In this document: positions 63,595 through 64,000 of the stretch, one piece after another
Layout: each line of letters begins with the position of its first letter
How positions within the stretch are numbered: position 1 is the stretch's first letter
NCBI GenBank assembly: GCA_031262525.1
Contig: JAISHM010000006.1
Span: 7,880 to 71,879 of the forward strand
Direction: 5' to 3'
DNA length: 64,000 nucleotides
From: Rickettsiales bacterium
Lineage (GTDB): Bacteria; Pseudomonadota; Alphaproteobacteria; Rs-D84
Position numbers and translations under genes: made by a program
Notes under the pieces: generated by a model
Database searches by the model: none
The model's input: only the letters and a program-made list of their open reading frames with translations
What the model was told of the DNA's origin: nothing

Positions 63595-64000
63595 ATGAAA
63601 AGTAAATTTTGGTTTTGGCTGACTTTTGGGGTTGCCTTTGTATTGGCTGTGTATGTGTCGGCGCGAATTGTTTTGTCGGGCGGCGATTACAGCGTGAAAA
63701 AGATTTCAATTTATGTGAATGATTGTCCGAATACATCGGAATGTGTGAATGGGATTGCCGCAAATTTACATATAATCCCAGGGCAAAGCGTAAATTTACA
63801 AACGATATTATCAGATGTCTTGGCAAATCCAGATGTAGCGTCTGCATCTGTGCAAAAGCGTCCAAATGGCGAAATAAAAATTCGCGTAAATATGCGCGTT
63901 GTTGTGGCGACCTGGACAGATGGGACATATTATTATCCAATGGATAGTAGTGGGGAAAAAATAAATCGTCCCACAAATCAAAGACCGATAAATTCGCTGG
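63595..64000 (+). CDS. ftsQ: cell division protein FtsQ, 5' part (3' end outside window)
   Basis: This ORF is not in the ORF track because it has no stop in the window. The ATG at 63595 opens MKSKFWFWLTFGVAFVLAVYV (TM), then a POTRA-like region ISIYVN...LANPDVASASVQKRPNGEIKIRVNMRVVVATWTDG. The frame is open to the window end. Confidence 0.7.
   Translation, partial: MKSKFWFWLTFGVAFVLAVYVSARIVLSGGDYSVKKISIYVNDCPNTSECVNGIAANLHIIPGQSVNLQTILSDVLANPDVASASVQKRPNGEIKIRVNMRVVVATWTDGTYYYPMDSSGEKINRPTNQRPINSL

Noticed and set aside
63593-63976. 127-aa minus-strand ORF at the window end.
   Set aside because: It is antisense to a better plus-strand reading frame (ftsQ, TM plus POTRA) that the ORF track omitted only because it has no stop in the window.

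Overview
The window looks like a chromosomal segment from a low-GC, probably reduced-genome alphaproteobacterium (Rickettsiales/Holosporales-like). This placement rests on gene content: DciA/DUF721, DUF4167, an AddB-like nuclease, divergent lpoA-like/rsmI, lolCDE and secB. All calls come from reading the ORF-track peptides and the DNA by eye; no searches were run. Most of the window is housekeeping: fabD-fabG, gyrB, ung, aspS, secB, mltA, ruvC, xth, tsaE, uvrB, fabI, ligA, a class A PBP, lepB, comM/yifB, rnc, recA, typA, rluD, rsmI, engB, lolDE and the start of ftsQ. Nine accessory or unusual features stand out. (1) An operon at 48.1-53.1 kb encodes three tandem paralogous 405-480 aa proteins with prepilin-type N-termini, followed by a zinc-ribbon membrane protein and a small secreted protein. 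A secretin-like lipoprotein is fused into the lolCD operon at 61.5-62.8 kb. This pair is my top candidate for an undescribed system. (2) A tRNA(CAT) gene is split in its anticodon loop by a 2.75 kb decayed phage-like island that carries its own intact, diverged tRNA(CAT). (3) A family of long palindromic repeats with the core TTGTCC-WTTATAAW-GGACAA and 13-nt periodic arms clusters around tsaE and supplies the 3' ends of three genes. (4) A G10 tract frameshifts the addB-like gene. (5) An AT-rich LicD/cytidylyltransferase/SDR/pyruvyl-transferase surface-glycan operon is present. (6) There is a Pmp-repeat autotransporter. (7) An orphan phage tail-fibre gene lies beside tRNA-Lys. (8) Two inverted ANL-ligase paralogs flank a 9.4 kb segment. 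(9) Several genes are decayed. No rRNA, CRISPR array or intact transposase/integrase was seen.
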